Shown one piece after another: positions 37,381-49,246 of a DNA stretch of 64,000 nt. A model generated the notes under the pieces. It was given only the letters and a program-made list of their open reading frames with translations. It had not been told where the DNA came from and did no database searches. The position numbers were made by a program, and so were the translations under genes. How positions within the stretch are numbered: position 1 is the first letter of the stretch; each line of letters begins with the position of its first letter. The DNA is from Setoptus koraiensis (taxonomy: Eukaryota > Animalia > Arthropoda), in NCBI GenBank assembly GCA_048013815.1, contig CM106586.1, forward strand, positions 14,694,001 to 14,758,000, written 5' to 3'.

Positions 37381-39390
37381 ATGGCCAGCTCAAAAAAAGA
37401 AAAGAAGGTCAAAGACAAGAAGGACAAAAAGAAATCCTCGTCGAAACGAGAATCCTCCTCCAGTAGCCAATCGCCAAAGAAGAAACGGGTCAAGACCGAG
37501 GAACCGCAAGAGCACATTTGGAAATGGTGGGAAGAGAAGGCCCTGGATGCCGGTATTAAATGGCGCAGCCTAGAGCACAAGGGGCCCGTGTTAGCGCCCG
37601 ATTACGTTCCTCTTCCCGACAGAGTTAAATTCTATTACGATGGCAAACCTTTCAAGTTGGCCGAACCAGCAGAGGAAGTGGCCGGTTTCTATGCGCGCAT
37701 GCTTGACCATGAATACACCAGTATGGAAACGTTCAATAAAAATTTCTTCAAAGATTGGAGGAAGGAAATGAATAAACAAGAAAAAGACCTAATACAGGAT
37801 CTCAAGAAGTGTGATTTCAAAGAGATGGCTGAGTATTTCAAAGAAGAAAGTGAAAAACGCAAAGCTATGTCCAAGGAAGAAAAACAAGCCATTAAAGCGC
37901 AACAAGATGAAATTACCAACGAATACGGTTTTTGTGTTGTTGATGGACACAAACAAAAAATCGCCAACTTCCGTGTTGAACCGCCAGGCCTATTCCGTGG
38001 CCGTGGTCAGCATCCAAAAATGGGTAAACTAAAGAAACGTATTAGGCCTGAAGATATTATTATCAACATAGGCAAACAAGTACCTAGACCTGAAGCGCCT
38101 CCCGGTCATAGATGGAAAGAGGTTCGTCACGACAACACTGTCTCGTGGCTAGCTTCCTGGACAGAAAATATCATGAACAACGTTAAGTACGTCATGCTTA
38201 ATCCAAGTTCCAAGGCCAAAAGCATGAAAGATTTCCAAAAGTATGAAAAAGCCAGAGAGCTTAAAGAGCATGTCGATCTTATAAGAAAAAATTACACCAA
38301 TGACTTTAAGGCCAAGGAAATGTTGATTCGACAAAGGGCTGTAGCTCTTTACTTCATAGACAGATTGGCACTTCGTGCCGGCAATGAAAAAGACGAAGAG
38401 CAAGCCGATACCGTTGGTTGCTGCTCTTTGCGTATTGAGCATATCAAACTAACAGAAGAAATTGATGATAGTAGCGATCTCTCTCAAGGTGACACTATGT
38501 CTGAGACTTCTAGCCCAATTAAACAAGCAAAGGTCAAGAAAGAAAAAGATAGTAATAGTACAATGAACGATAGCCAAAATCACAATAATAGCAACAATAA
38601 CTCCATTGACACTTCCATGAATCACACAAATAAGAAATTGAAGAGTGAAAATAACGGTGAAACATCTCATAATATCAAATATATGGTTGCTTTTGACTTT
38701 TTAGGTAAAGATTCAATTAGGTACGAAAACAAGGTTCCCGTAGAAAAGCGCGTTTATAAAAATCTAAAACATTTTATCCAAGGAAAGAGTCAGACGGATG
38801 AATTATTTGATCGATTAACTACATCATCATTGAACAAGTACCTCAATTCTCTCATGGATGGTCTGACAGCTAAGGTATTTCGTACTTACAACGCCTCTAA
38901 GACATTGCAAGATGAACTCGATAGGAGAACAGACCCCAAAATGACTCCAGCGGAGAAACTACTCGCCTACAACAGAGCCAACAGAGCTGTCGCTGTATTA
39001 TGCAACCATCAACGTGCTCCCCCCAAAACGCATGACAAACAAATGGAGAACCTTGAACAGAAGATAAAGGAAAAGGAAAAACAAATAAAAGCCACCAAGA
39101 AAGAACTCAAACAGGCCAAGAAAGATGGCGATGCTAAAAACAAAGAGAAATTAAACAAACGTCTCGAAACATATAAGACACAACTCCATAAATTAGACAT
39201 TCAACGTGCGGACAAATCCGAGAATAAGACTATAGCTCTGGGAACTTCAAAGTTAAACTATCTAGATCCCCGTATAACGGTCGCATGGTGCAAGAAATAC
39301 GACGTGCCCATCGATAAAGTGTATAACAAGACGCAACGTGAAAAATTTCTATGGGCTATCGAAATGGCAGGACCAGAATATAAATTTTAG
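37381..39390 (+). CDS. Top1: DNA topoisomerase IB (669 aa), intronless
   Basis: WKWWEE, LEHKGPV, EPPGLFRGRG and all catalytic-pentad motifs: ALRAGNEK, FDFLGKDS, TAKVFRTYNAS, LCNHQR, SKLNYLDPR. Confidence 0.99.
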   Translation: MASSKKEKKVKDKKDKKKSSSKRESSSSSQSPKKKRVKTEEPQEHIWKWWEEKALDAGIKWRSLEHKGPVLAPDYVPLPDRVKFYYDGKPFKLAEPAEEVAGFYARMLDHEYTSMETFNKNFFKDWRKEMNKQEKDLIQDLKKCDFKEMAEYFKEESEKRKAMSKEEKQAIKAQQDEITNEYGFCVVDGHKQKIANFRVEPPGLFRGRGQHPKMGKLKKRIRPEDIIINIGKQVPRPEAPPGHRWKEVRHDNTVSWLASWTENIMNNVKYVMLNPSSKAKSMKDFQKYEKARELKEHVDLIRKNYTNDFKAKEMLIRQRAVALYFIDRLALRAGNEKDEEQADTVGCCSLRIEHIKLTEEIDDSSDLSQGDTMSETSSPIKQAKVKKEKDSNSTMNDSQNHNNSNNNSIDTSMNHTNKKLKSENNGETSHNIKYMVAFDFLGKDSIRYENKVPVEKRVYKNLKHFIQGKSQTDELFDRLTTSSLNKYLNSLMDGLTAKVFRTYNASKTLQDELDRRTDPKMTPAEKLLAYNRANRAVAVLCNHQRAPPKTHDKQMENLEQKIKEKEKQIKATKKELKQAKKDGDAKNKEKLNKRLETYKTQLHKLDIQRADKSENKTIALGTSKLNYLDPRITVAWCKKYDVPIDKVYNKTQREKFLWAIEMAGPEYKF

Positions 39391-39868
39391 ATGATCTTCA
39401 ATATATGTCATCAACGTGTACATAATCTTATGAAAACGTGATTGCTTCAATTCAATCATCTATCGAGACAGAAGATTGAAATATACAAGATTCTAAGTAT
39501 GAAAATATACCATGCATTAAATAATATATATAAAAAGATATCTAGATCAAATAGGAATATCATTATCTAAAATTTGTAATGAGATACTCGATGAATTGAA
39601 ACTTAAATCTCTAAAGACGATCTTAAATCTCTATACATGAATGAACGAACAAATAAATTTACACTTTGTACAATGTGCACGAGTTGAAGAGAATATTCTA
39701 GTATGCGAAATTTGAATTTTTATTTATAATAATTTGCATCTGATGTTTATAAACAATTTTCATCAAGGTGAACAACATGGTGAGCTAAATTCATATGGGC
39801 CTTGGTGTGCTTTGGCCAATGAAAGAGGTAAATAATGTGTAGATACTAATAGTGGACCAGAACTAGCA

Positions 39869-40114
39869 CTAGTGTTTGTGTATTTGCTCGAATCTCTGAC
39901 CGCAATAGCCGCATGTGTGCACCCCATGGTCTAGGTTGATGAAAACCTTTGGGTGTCCTAAGGCTGGCCTTCCTCCATCGCAAGATACAATCCTGTCTTT
40001 GGTTTTAATAACGGGTTGTTTGCTAACAAGATCTATTGCTGCTTTTGGAGTGGCTATTTTGACCCTTCCGCCCATGAAACGGATAGCCTCCTTGCCTGTT
40101 TTAACCAGGGACAT
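39869..40114 (-). CDS. NDUFS6: NADH:ubiquinone oxidoreductase 13 kDa-A zinc-finger subunit (81 aa as read)
   Basis: AIDLVSKQPV...VSCDGGRPALGHPKVFINLD...TCGYCGQRF matches NDUFS6 (zf-CHCC). Minus-strand AATAAA near 39719-39724. Confidence 0.95.
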   Translation of the reverse strand: MSLVKTGKEAIRFMGGRVKIATPKAAIDLVSKQPVIKTKDRIVSCDGGRPALGHPKVFINLDHGVHTCGYCGQRFEQIHKH

Positions 40115-41465
40115 GATGATGATCTTTTTAATGAAGCCGAATAAATCAATTAAACTAGATGATGGCTCTTGATGATTTTGTTAGCCTGAGAAAATGTCTT
40201 CATATGATGGTGAGATAATTCTCATGATTATCATTGAGAAATAAATAATAACATGAGACATAACACAAACTTGTGCCGACGACTTGCGCGAGATGGCGCG
40301 TAAGTCGCTTGAAAAGTTTTCGGCGGCCTATTTCAAATGGCTGGCAAGTTTTTGAAAACTTTCGCGGTTCTATCTGGCGTATCTTGCGGAATATGCTCTC
40401 TCGTGGCAAGGCATGAATATAAAGCTCAAGTCTGACACCTTAATAGTTATCAATGTCATCACGTGCCTTGCTACTGATACATAGAGTGTAATAATGGAAT
40501 GTTGCTATATTTTGATTTGGCTGGTTCTCAGAATGGCTCAATGAATTGTTTGTTTGTTTTGTTTGGTTGTCTTGGACTATTCATGATGAGACACAATCTT
40601 AGGTTTGTACGTATTTGTGGTGTGTGTGTGTGTGTGTGTGTATAATTACAATTGAATTAAATGTGTGTATGGTCAACAATTAATATATAATAATATTTAT
40701 ATATACATATATAAATATGTATATGCAAATAGGAGCGCGTACAAGAATGCGACAGAAACAATACTAACAATTGCTAACAAGTGGTTGTGTTGTTGTTGTT
40801 ACGCAATGGCTATACAAATAACCCGACAAACATTGATCGATGTTGGCCCCGTTGTTTGTCTGCTCGTGCTTGTGTTGGGACCGACAAGCTTGTGAGTGAC
40901 CAGAGAGACGGGTTTTTGTTTCGAGGGCTCTGTAGTTGTTGTTGTTGTTGTTGTTGTCTAATACTGTCTCTGGCATTGTTGGCCCAAACAGCTTGTGCTA
41001 TCAGTATCTACCATTTCTTGCTCTCTCATCGTATATATAAAAATAAATATTTGATTTTCAATAAATAGGCTTATTTTTCTGTTCTATTCTGTCGTGTAAA
41101 TAAATAAATAAATAAATATTCATGTGCATTGTCCTAATAAATAATAGAGTAAAAAAAATAAATAATTATGTTGCTGTCGTTGTGTGTTGTTGGTGGTCAT
41201 CATAGAGCAAAATGATCAAGTATGATGATTGCCTTCGTTGATTTGATTCAATGAGATTTGATTTGTCCATCGAGATAGTTGATAGTTGGAAATTGTTGTT
41301 GCTTTGTTCTAGATAATAATTAATGTTGTTGTGTTTCTTTTTTTAATCATCCCACAAGATGATCTTTTGTGATGAAGAAATGGCTACTATTATTATTGTG
41401 TCATACATATTGTCTTTGTCCATCTATGTCTAGTTGTAAACAAACAATGCAATGATGATAAACAA

Positions 41466-41632
41466 TCAATGATAATTGCTCGAGGCTTTGATGGGGCTAA
41501 TCCTAGTGTGTCTTCTTGTGGTAAAATAGGCTATTGTGCAAACATACAAAATAAATAACAATGACACGGCAATAATCAGAGCAATCATGGTAGTGCCAGT
41601 TACACAATGTGTCTGTAAACCATTATAACGGG
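41466..41632 (-). CDS. nompA: ZP-domain gene, terminal exon: transmembrane helix and short cytoplasmic tail
   Basis: Acceptor ccccacgcag, phase 1; encodes ARYNGLQTHCVTGTTMIALIIAVSLLFILYVCTIAYFTTRRHTRISPIKASSNYH*. An alternative in-frame acceptor exists at 41704. Symbol is tentative. Confidence 0.75.
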
Positions 41633-41793
41633 CTGCGTGGGGCCAGTCGCGATTGAATGTCGGATGAAAATATATTTCATGGAGAGAGAGAGAGAGGTCA
41701 GTGACTAGATTGATTCAGTCAGATTCATTCGGTAACGGGACGATGCGGATGTTGCCCGTCTGACCGTACTGGGCGCAACCGGCCGAAACTTAC

Positions 41794-42022
41794 CTTTGTT
41801 TTCCGGCAATCTTAATGACTTTGGTGCGGAGGGGTTGGCCGCTTGGCCCTCTTTCATATCTAACACCACTATCTCTCTACTAAGTGTCATATCGTCAAAT
41901 TTGGTGCTATTGCCAGCGCTATTGCCATTGCCATTGTCATTGCCGGTGTCGTTGGCATCGACAGAACGACGCTTTCTGCCCCACGCCTCAACTTGTTCTC
42001 TGCCGCCAATATTGCAAATAAC
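41794..42022 (-). CDS. nompA: ZP-domain gene exon: last ZP cysteine, furin site and external hydrophobic patch
   Basis: aatag|GTT ... AAA G|gtaagt; encodes VICNIGGREQVEAWGRKRRS...DDMTLSREIVVLDM...PENK. Phase 0 continues CEP of the previous exon. Symbol is tentative. Confidence 0.85.
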
Positions 42023-45000
42023 CTATTATGTTGTACAACAATAACAACAAATATGAATGGGTGAGAATATAATAAGATGAAATCGGTTATTAATTTATTC
42101 GTGTCATGATGTTATGATGTTAAATGAATGTTGCCATGATGTGTGATGAATAGTGTCGGAAATAATAGTGCGAATAAGAGGCAAGATTGATGATGCCGCA
42201 ACGATGATACCATGACTATGGCACCATCACAAGCGAGCGCCCACTCGACATCAAGTTCACAAGAGCAGCGCCGGAATAGACTATCGTCTCGTCGGAATTT
42301 TTACAAAAATATCCATCGGCCGGAGTCAAATTTCAATATTTTGCCTATTATAATGCAGCAAAGTCAGCCCAATGATGATAACGACCATGATGGGCAGCCT
42401 GCAATTAGGAGAAAAGAACGATACGATGCTAAGGCAAGCTGTTATAATGCAACATGCATTATATAACAACATGCATCAACAACAACGAGCCGTCACGACA
42501 ATGACGCCAAGCTCGCCAACTCATATTGCACACTGGTTAATATTGTTGCAGTAGTGATGTATATTAATGAAGATAATGCAAAAGTATGCAACTAGCATTA
42601 TGATGCAAAATTAGCATTGCTTTAGCTGGCCAATATCAACTGGCTGACAACATTTACCGGCAGCAAATATTGTCAGCCAGTTTGTCGGCCAGGCAATGAA
42701 CTACATTTTGCATCTCAAGACACTCTCAGGATATTCTCAAATGAGTAGAGGGGAAAACACGAGGAAAAAATGATTGATACCTGTTCAATTATGTTAACGT
42801 CATCGTACATGTTAGCGTATGACGATGATTCGTGCTCGTTACGACAGGCCGCCCATCCGACAAGATTGATGCTAAATGGAAACATCAACATTATCAGATG
42901 ATTGACAATCTGATTATCGAATGGTCACTTGTAGTTGAGTGGCTAGAACGGAGCGCCTAATGTGGCCATTTGCAGATGCCGTTTCGCCCCGACGAGACAT
43001 TGGCAATATTAATAATATATATATATAATAATATTGTTAATATTTATGCTTTGCACCGGCCCAATCGAGCCAAAAGTCAGCGCATGGGTCAGGCGAATAA
43101 TAATTGAGGGCTACCGATGATGGCTGCAAATAATGATCAATTATCATCAGCTATCTATCATAATGATGCTGCTATTATTGTTCTTAATCGCATACAGGCC
43201 AGCAAGAACAAGCGAGATAATGTAGAGAGCAATGAGAAACCGGACCTGATTCGCTGATGATAGATTGCAACATGTAGAGACAGATCAAACACTCGGCCAC
43301 CAAATACCAATGATAATTGTTGCTTAGTCCCGTCTGACCGTTGCCGGCGCGTCCGGCTTTAATTTGAAAATTAAAGCCTAAATTAGTGGCTGCAATCGGC
43401 CACTTGGTCGCTAGTACGAATACGAATACTTGGACGAATACGAATACTCGGACGAATACGAATACTTGGACGAATACGAATGCGAATGTGAGGACGAATA
43501 CGCGGACGACCGTGAAGACGGCGGAGTGGCCAATCGGAGTGACCAATGCGCCAATTGGGGGCGCATATTACGTAAAAAGGGCTGCAGGCCGGCAATTGTG
43601 CCAGCCGATTTGCAGACTGTCGACTGCAAACCGTTGGCGAGCAGACCGTTATTACGCTATTATTACGTCGAGTCCGTGATACCGCCAGCCAGCTATTGGC
43701 TCATGATAATTAGGATGTAGACATGAATATCCGAGCACAAACATGTGAACGTAAACATTCAAATATGAATGTCTTGTTAATATAAACATGCAAGTGCGAA
43801 CATGTAAACGCAAACATCTAAATGTGAACATGTCACTATAAATATCCAGATATAAATATCTAAATACAAGACGTGTGATAAGATTTGTGCTAGCAAGCGG
43901 AGCTGGCGCTGTCGGGTCTGGTCGCAAACGATCATTAGCATTCACGATGGAGTTGATTGTTGACACTAGTATGCGTGTGTCTCAATTAGTCAACTCCAAC
44001 AACGACAACAACTCCAACAACGACAACAACTCCAACAACGACAACAACTCCAACAACGACAACAGTGGCTAAACGCAGACAAAGGCACTTGTTGCTGGTG
44101 CTCCTGTGTGAACTGCAAATGCCCAATGGCGACTAATGGTCGCCATTGGGCCATTATTACGTAATAATAACAAACAACAGCCAACTGTGAGATGATTGAG
44201 CCCAGAAAGTGATTGTTGATAGCCGCCGTTGGCGTGCACTTGGCGTCTCTCGCATTGTCGGTCGCAAGCTCGTCAGCTGTTGCAGCATTGGGCTTGTCGT
44301 CGGCACTTGGCGGATCATTATGACGCAACGAGTGGTAGCGTATAATATAATATCTCAACTGTGCCGCTGCTGCTGCCAGTTGAGATATTATATCATTGCG
44401 TAACATCACAGATTGCGTCGGGCCGGCAGCAGCAGCGGCGGCGACGGCAGCAGCAAAAACTCGAGTTGAGAGCATTCAGCATCCAGCTATAACTCAACAC
44501 AACTGCATCAAATGGTTGCCATATTGGACAGGTGAATGCCAGCGGCTGTGCTAATGGACGCCATTCACCTGGCCACAATTTGACGCAGTGCACTAGGCAA
44601 ACTGTTGCATAACTAATAATAACTGAATGACTAATTGAGATATCACATTACAGAAATAATAATAAAGAGCAGAGAGAGAGACAGAGATAATAAAAAAATC
44701 AGACATCATTATTGGTAATAGTTATTTTTTGCTTCGTTCCATTGTGATGCTGCTATGGCCGTTGACTTGCAATAAGTGCCGGCGCACGGCGAGCCCCGAC
44801 AATCATTTTGGTGAAATTGTCTAGTGCTGTGTGTTGTGGCTAATGCTGGCCGGCATTATGTAACTGCAAACCTGGCCCAAAGTTATATAATACAGCCAAA
44901 TAAAAGATACGACCAAATAAAGACACATACGCCAGTGTTGTACACGTTGTCTCGAGCACACATAAACGGGTTAACAACACGACCATGTTTATCGCCGCCA

Positions 45001-46171
45001 CCGGTCACACCGAGACCATTACGCCGACCATTCATAGCTCTTTATTGGCAAGCTATTATGGTAATCATCAGAATCAGTATAACAGCGACACCTGATACCG
45101 TTTATTGGCAGTGGCCAAATTGGGCTTTAGCGGTCAGCGCGACTCACTGTTTGCACACTCAAAGCGCAAAGCAACTGGACACAAGCAACGAGACGTCTTA
45201 TGGGGCCTTGTTACGAGAATCGTTGTACATGAGACGACACACTAATGGCTTTTGGCTCGTGAGCCAACGTTGCCAAACAAATGGCGACGCCACGCCAATT
45301 GATTGTGCGAAACGAGCGCCATAAAAATGATTAAAATCACAGCGAGATAAAAATTATTAAAATAACAGCGAAATAAAGAATGATTAAAATAACAGCGAAA
45401 CGAGGCCAAGTGTATTATGCCAAGTGTGCCCAGAATAATGAGCAATAACGCCTTCATGATACCAGTATCACAAGGGGTAATATCACGGTTAATGTCGGCT
45501 GACAGTGGATGCAAATATCAGCATGATTTGATCCTGTGCCAGCCAACATGACACAACAAAACATGACATAACAAAACATGACATAACATAACATAACACG
45601 CCGTAACATATGCGACAACAATTACGTAACAACTATGCGCACTATAATGGCAGTGGCACGATGACACTATAGTTTGACTATAGTTTGATATAGTCAAACT
45701 ATGTATGTCGTGGAAACACATGATCGTGGCGACATCTGACGACATCATGATAGCATCATGGGGCGACATTGTGGGGCGATATCGCGGGCCGACAGCAATG
45801 GGCGACTGAGCGATACGAGCGATTAGCTGATTGGCACATGGAGCTTATTACGTGACAATTCAGACGTTATTCAGGTCATTTGTTGCGTCTATGAATTGGC
45901 GCGACTCGGCGATTTCAAACGCATGATGCAGCCTGTAGCTGTATCACACAGGTACAGCCGTATGTTACAGAGGCAACACGGATACCGCACCGCATGCAGT
46001 TGGCGCTTCTTCTGGCGGCCTCTGTCCGACTCTGCGGGCTTCTGGCGCGTCGGACTCTGCAAGCTTGTGTCCGCTTGTGTCGGCCGAATTGGAGCCGGCG
46101 CAACAGGTGTAGTGCGGCAGTCGCAGACACAATGTTCAAGTGTCACACAAGCAGTGGTTTTAAATTGTAAA

Positions 46172-46208
<37 letters not shown>

Positions 46209-47164
46209 GGCATAAAGGCATAGAGGCATAGAGGCATAGAGGCAGCTCGCAAGACACTGACAAAAACTAAAGTCTAGACAAGGCAAGTTGCTGTTGTTTG
46301 TAGTCACTTTGTAACTCACTCGCTCGCCATTTATTGGCCCACTGTCACTGTGGCTACAGGCTATCGAGTGACGCAATAGTTGCATCACAAGCGAGCTGCA
46401 GCACATAATAAACAATCTGTGTGTGTGTAGGGTATGGATCACAATTGTGATTGCTGCTGCTGTTGCTGCTGCTGTTGGCTGTGTCGGCCGCGATCGGCAG
46501 TCGGCGCTGAGCCGCTGGACACAGGCGACATTGCTGACAATTGAATGGCCGGCGCCAGTTACGAGATGATCACAATGATTTGATTATCTGTGAACATGTG
46601 TGTTGACATCGCAGTTTGCTGTCATTGTGTGCGCAGCATCGTCGACAAAATGACATAACAACACCGACACCAACAACAACAACACTGTGCACGACGACGA
46701 CAACAACAACAACAACACCGTGGACAACGACGACAACAAAAAGAAGCTCGATTCGCTGTTGTGCTCGCTTGCTTTTCTCTCAGTGCGTGTGTGTGTGCTC
46801 GCCTGACAGTGTCAGCCTGACAGTGTCGGCCTGACAGTGTCAGCCTGACACACCTGACACAAGTCAGCTGACTTGTGTCAGTTGAGTCAGGCGTGTGAGA
46901 CACATTTATTGAAGAGTGTTGGCTAGTTGTGAGAACTGCGCTCACAACGATCAGCTGGCCGTGTCAGCTGTTGCAACAGCTCGATGCTCAATTTGACAGA
47001 ACTCTGACTGACTCACAACTGACAAACAATCGGCTGACTGTCGCTCGCCGCTAACCAAACTTCAACTGGCCACGCCGGCACCGGCTACCGACCGGCGGAT
47101 CTCGTACGCCAACCGACAGCGACCATGTCGATGTGCAACCACTGCCCGTCGGCGGCCGATATCC

Positions 47165-47270
47165 ACATATCGACATATCGACATATCGACATATCGACAT
47201 ATCGACATATCGACATATCGACAAATGCACATATCGACAAATGCACATGTCGACATGCCGACATGTCGAG
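47165..47270. repeat. Tandem 8-mer acatatcg, 7 perfect copies then degenerate and palindromic copies
   Basis: Direct reading. Confidence 0.95.
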
Positions 47271-49127
47271 ATGAGTCGCCGGAACAATATCATCGACAGC
47301 GCACACATGTTCACATACGAATAAATCAATCGCAAGTTGCATCACACACACACACACACACACGCACTTGCTAGAAAACACACACACACACACACACACG
47401 GCAACAGGTGTCTTACGACGGCGACGGTGCGCACAACTGTGACAGGGCCATCAATTGCGGCTAGCCAGCCAGTCAGCTGATCGATGCAGCTCACTGGCAG
47501 AAGTGGATCAATGCAAACATAACGCTTGACCAATTGACAAACAATGCGCTGTTGCGTCTGTTGCGTCATCTCTCTCACTCTGGCCATTGCGTCATCTCTC
47601 TCACTCTGGCCATTGGGTCTCTCCTGCGGCCGTTGCGTAATGGGCCAGCAGTTCGTGTGCAAATGCCAACACTAATCTTGTCACACACTAATCTTGTGTC
47701 TGTATCTTGTGTCTAATGTGACATATGGCTGCGCTGCAATGACGCAACGCGCCGCTAGCCGTCAGTTGGTCAGTTGGTCAGTTGCGTGCGGCCGAGACTG
47801 ATTGAATTGATCGACTAAATCGCGCTGTCAGAGGCGAATGGCGCGGCCAGCAGCTCGCAGGCTCAGAAGCGAATCGGACGGCTAAACGGCACGAATACGG
47901 TCGGCGAGCAGTGGACATTGTTCGCGCCGAGTGATCGCGGCCGAATTGCGCCGGCTCGAGCGGCTTCGGCCGGATCGGAGCAACGCGGCGCTGCTGGCCT
48001 GAGAGCGTTTACGCGGCGCTGGCATGAGAGCGCTTACGCGAGGCCAGAAAAAAGTAAATTGCTGTCCAGGTAACTGAGCCAATTCGATTATGTGTTTCGC
48101 TTTTGTTTGGCGGCTGTTGCGGCGCCCACTGGCCTATTGCGCAACTGTTACTCAATGGCATCGAGTGGCCGCAGCATCGAGTGGCCGCAGCATCGAGTGG
48201 CCGCAGCATCGAGTGGCCATAACATCGAGTTGCTATAACATCGAGTGGCGATAGCGCTGCGCTTATTGGATTGAGCTGGCCACTCGGTGGCATTGTGATA
48301 GCTGCTCGGGCCACCCTGGCGCTACAACGGCCAACAGGTAACAGGTCATTTTTTGCCGATGAGCAGTGGTCATGGCCGCGTTGCGCCATGTTCAGTCCTA
48401 ACTAACAAGTGGTTGGCGAGCAACTAACAAGTGATTGGCGAGCAACAGGTGAGCTAGCGAGTGACCAACAATGCGTCTAGACAGTGCTGGCAACTGGCGA
48501 GTCGCCATTCACAGTGAGCAACAAGTGTCTGTTTTGTTGTGAGCACGCAAACTTTTGCTTGCACCATTAACCCATCTACTGCTACCACTTTGCTGCTTGA
48601 CTATCCCTGATAAATCCGCCACTAATCTGCTCCGCTGGCCAATTGCTGTCGCTGTTGCGGCCGCAACAACGACAGCAACAACAACGACAGCAACAGCGAC
48701 AGCAACAACAACGACAGCGACGAGCGCCTGCTGCATGCAATGCGAATCCGGCCGGCGGCTTGGTGATGCGCCGACGATAAACAGTGGACAGGTATTGTGA
48801 TTGCTGCGTCATCAATCAGCATCATTAGAGAGCGACAGAGCAAAGCAACCAACAGAGATTTTTCAGAGAATTTTCGCAACGGCCGACAGCGACGTTCGGT
48901 CGGTGGTCTGGCGGCCAACACTGTTATTATTGTTGTTATCATCATTATTGTTATTATTATCGGTGTTGGTGTTATGCAACAGCAGCGCCGAATAATGGCC
49001 GGCGGGCGACGCGCACTGGGCCGGCCTTTGGCGTGGCGAGGGCCACGAAGCGCTCGATCAGCGCGCCAGTCACTGGAAAGGCCGCGTTAGAAAGGCGCAA
49101 TTTCTTCGGGCCAGTTTCTCCGTTTCC

Positions 49128-49246
49128 AATGTTTCGCCGCTTCGAATGTTTCGCCGCTTCGAATGTTTCGCCGCTTCGAATGTTTCGCCGCTTCGAATGT
49201 TTCGCCGCTTCGAATGTTTCGCCGCTTCGAATGTTTCGCCGCTTCG
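49128..49246. repeat. Tandem 17-mer aatgtttcgccgcttcg, 7 perfect copies
   Basis: Direct reading; no spacers between units. Confidence 0.97.

Noticed and set aside
40286-40299. CTCF-motif-like sequences gcgcgagatggcgc here and ctaggtggcgc at 5256-5266
   Set aside because: Partial matches in GC-rich context that do not sit on the compositional boundaries; not supportable without a PWM scan or ChIP.
49128-49246. Regular 12-18-mer arrays as CRISPR-like loci
   Set aside because: Head-to-tail repeats without unique spacers, in a eukaryotic context with no cas genes.
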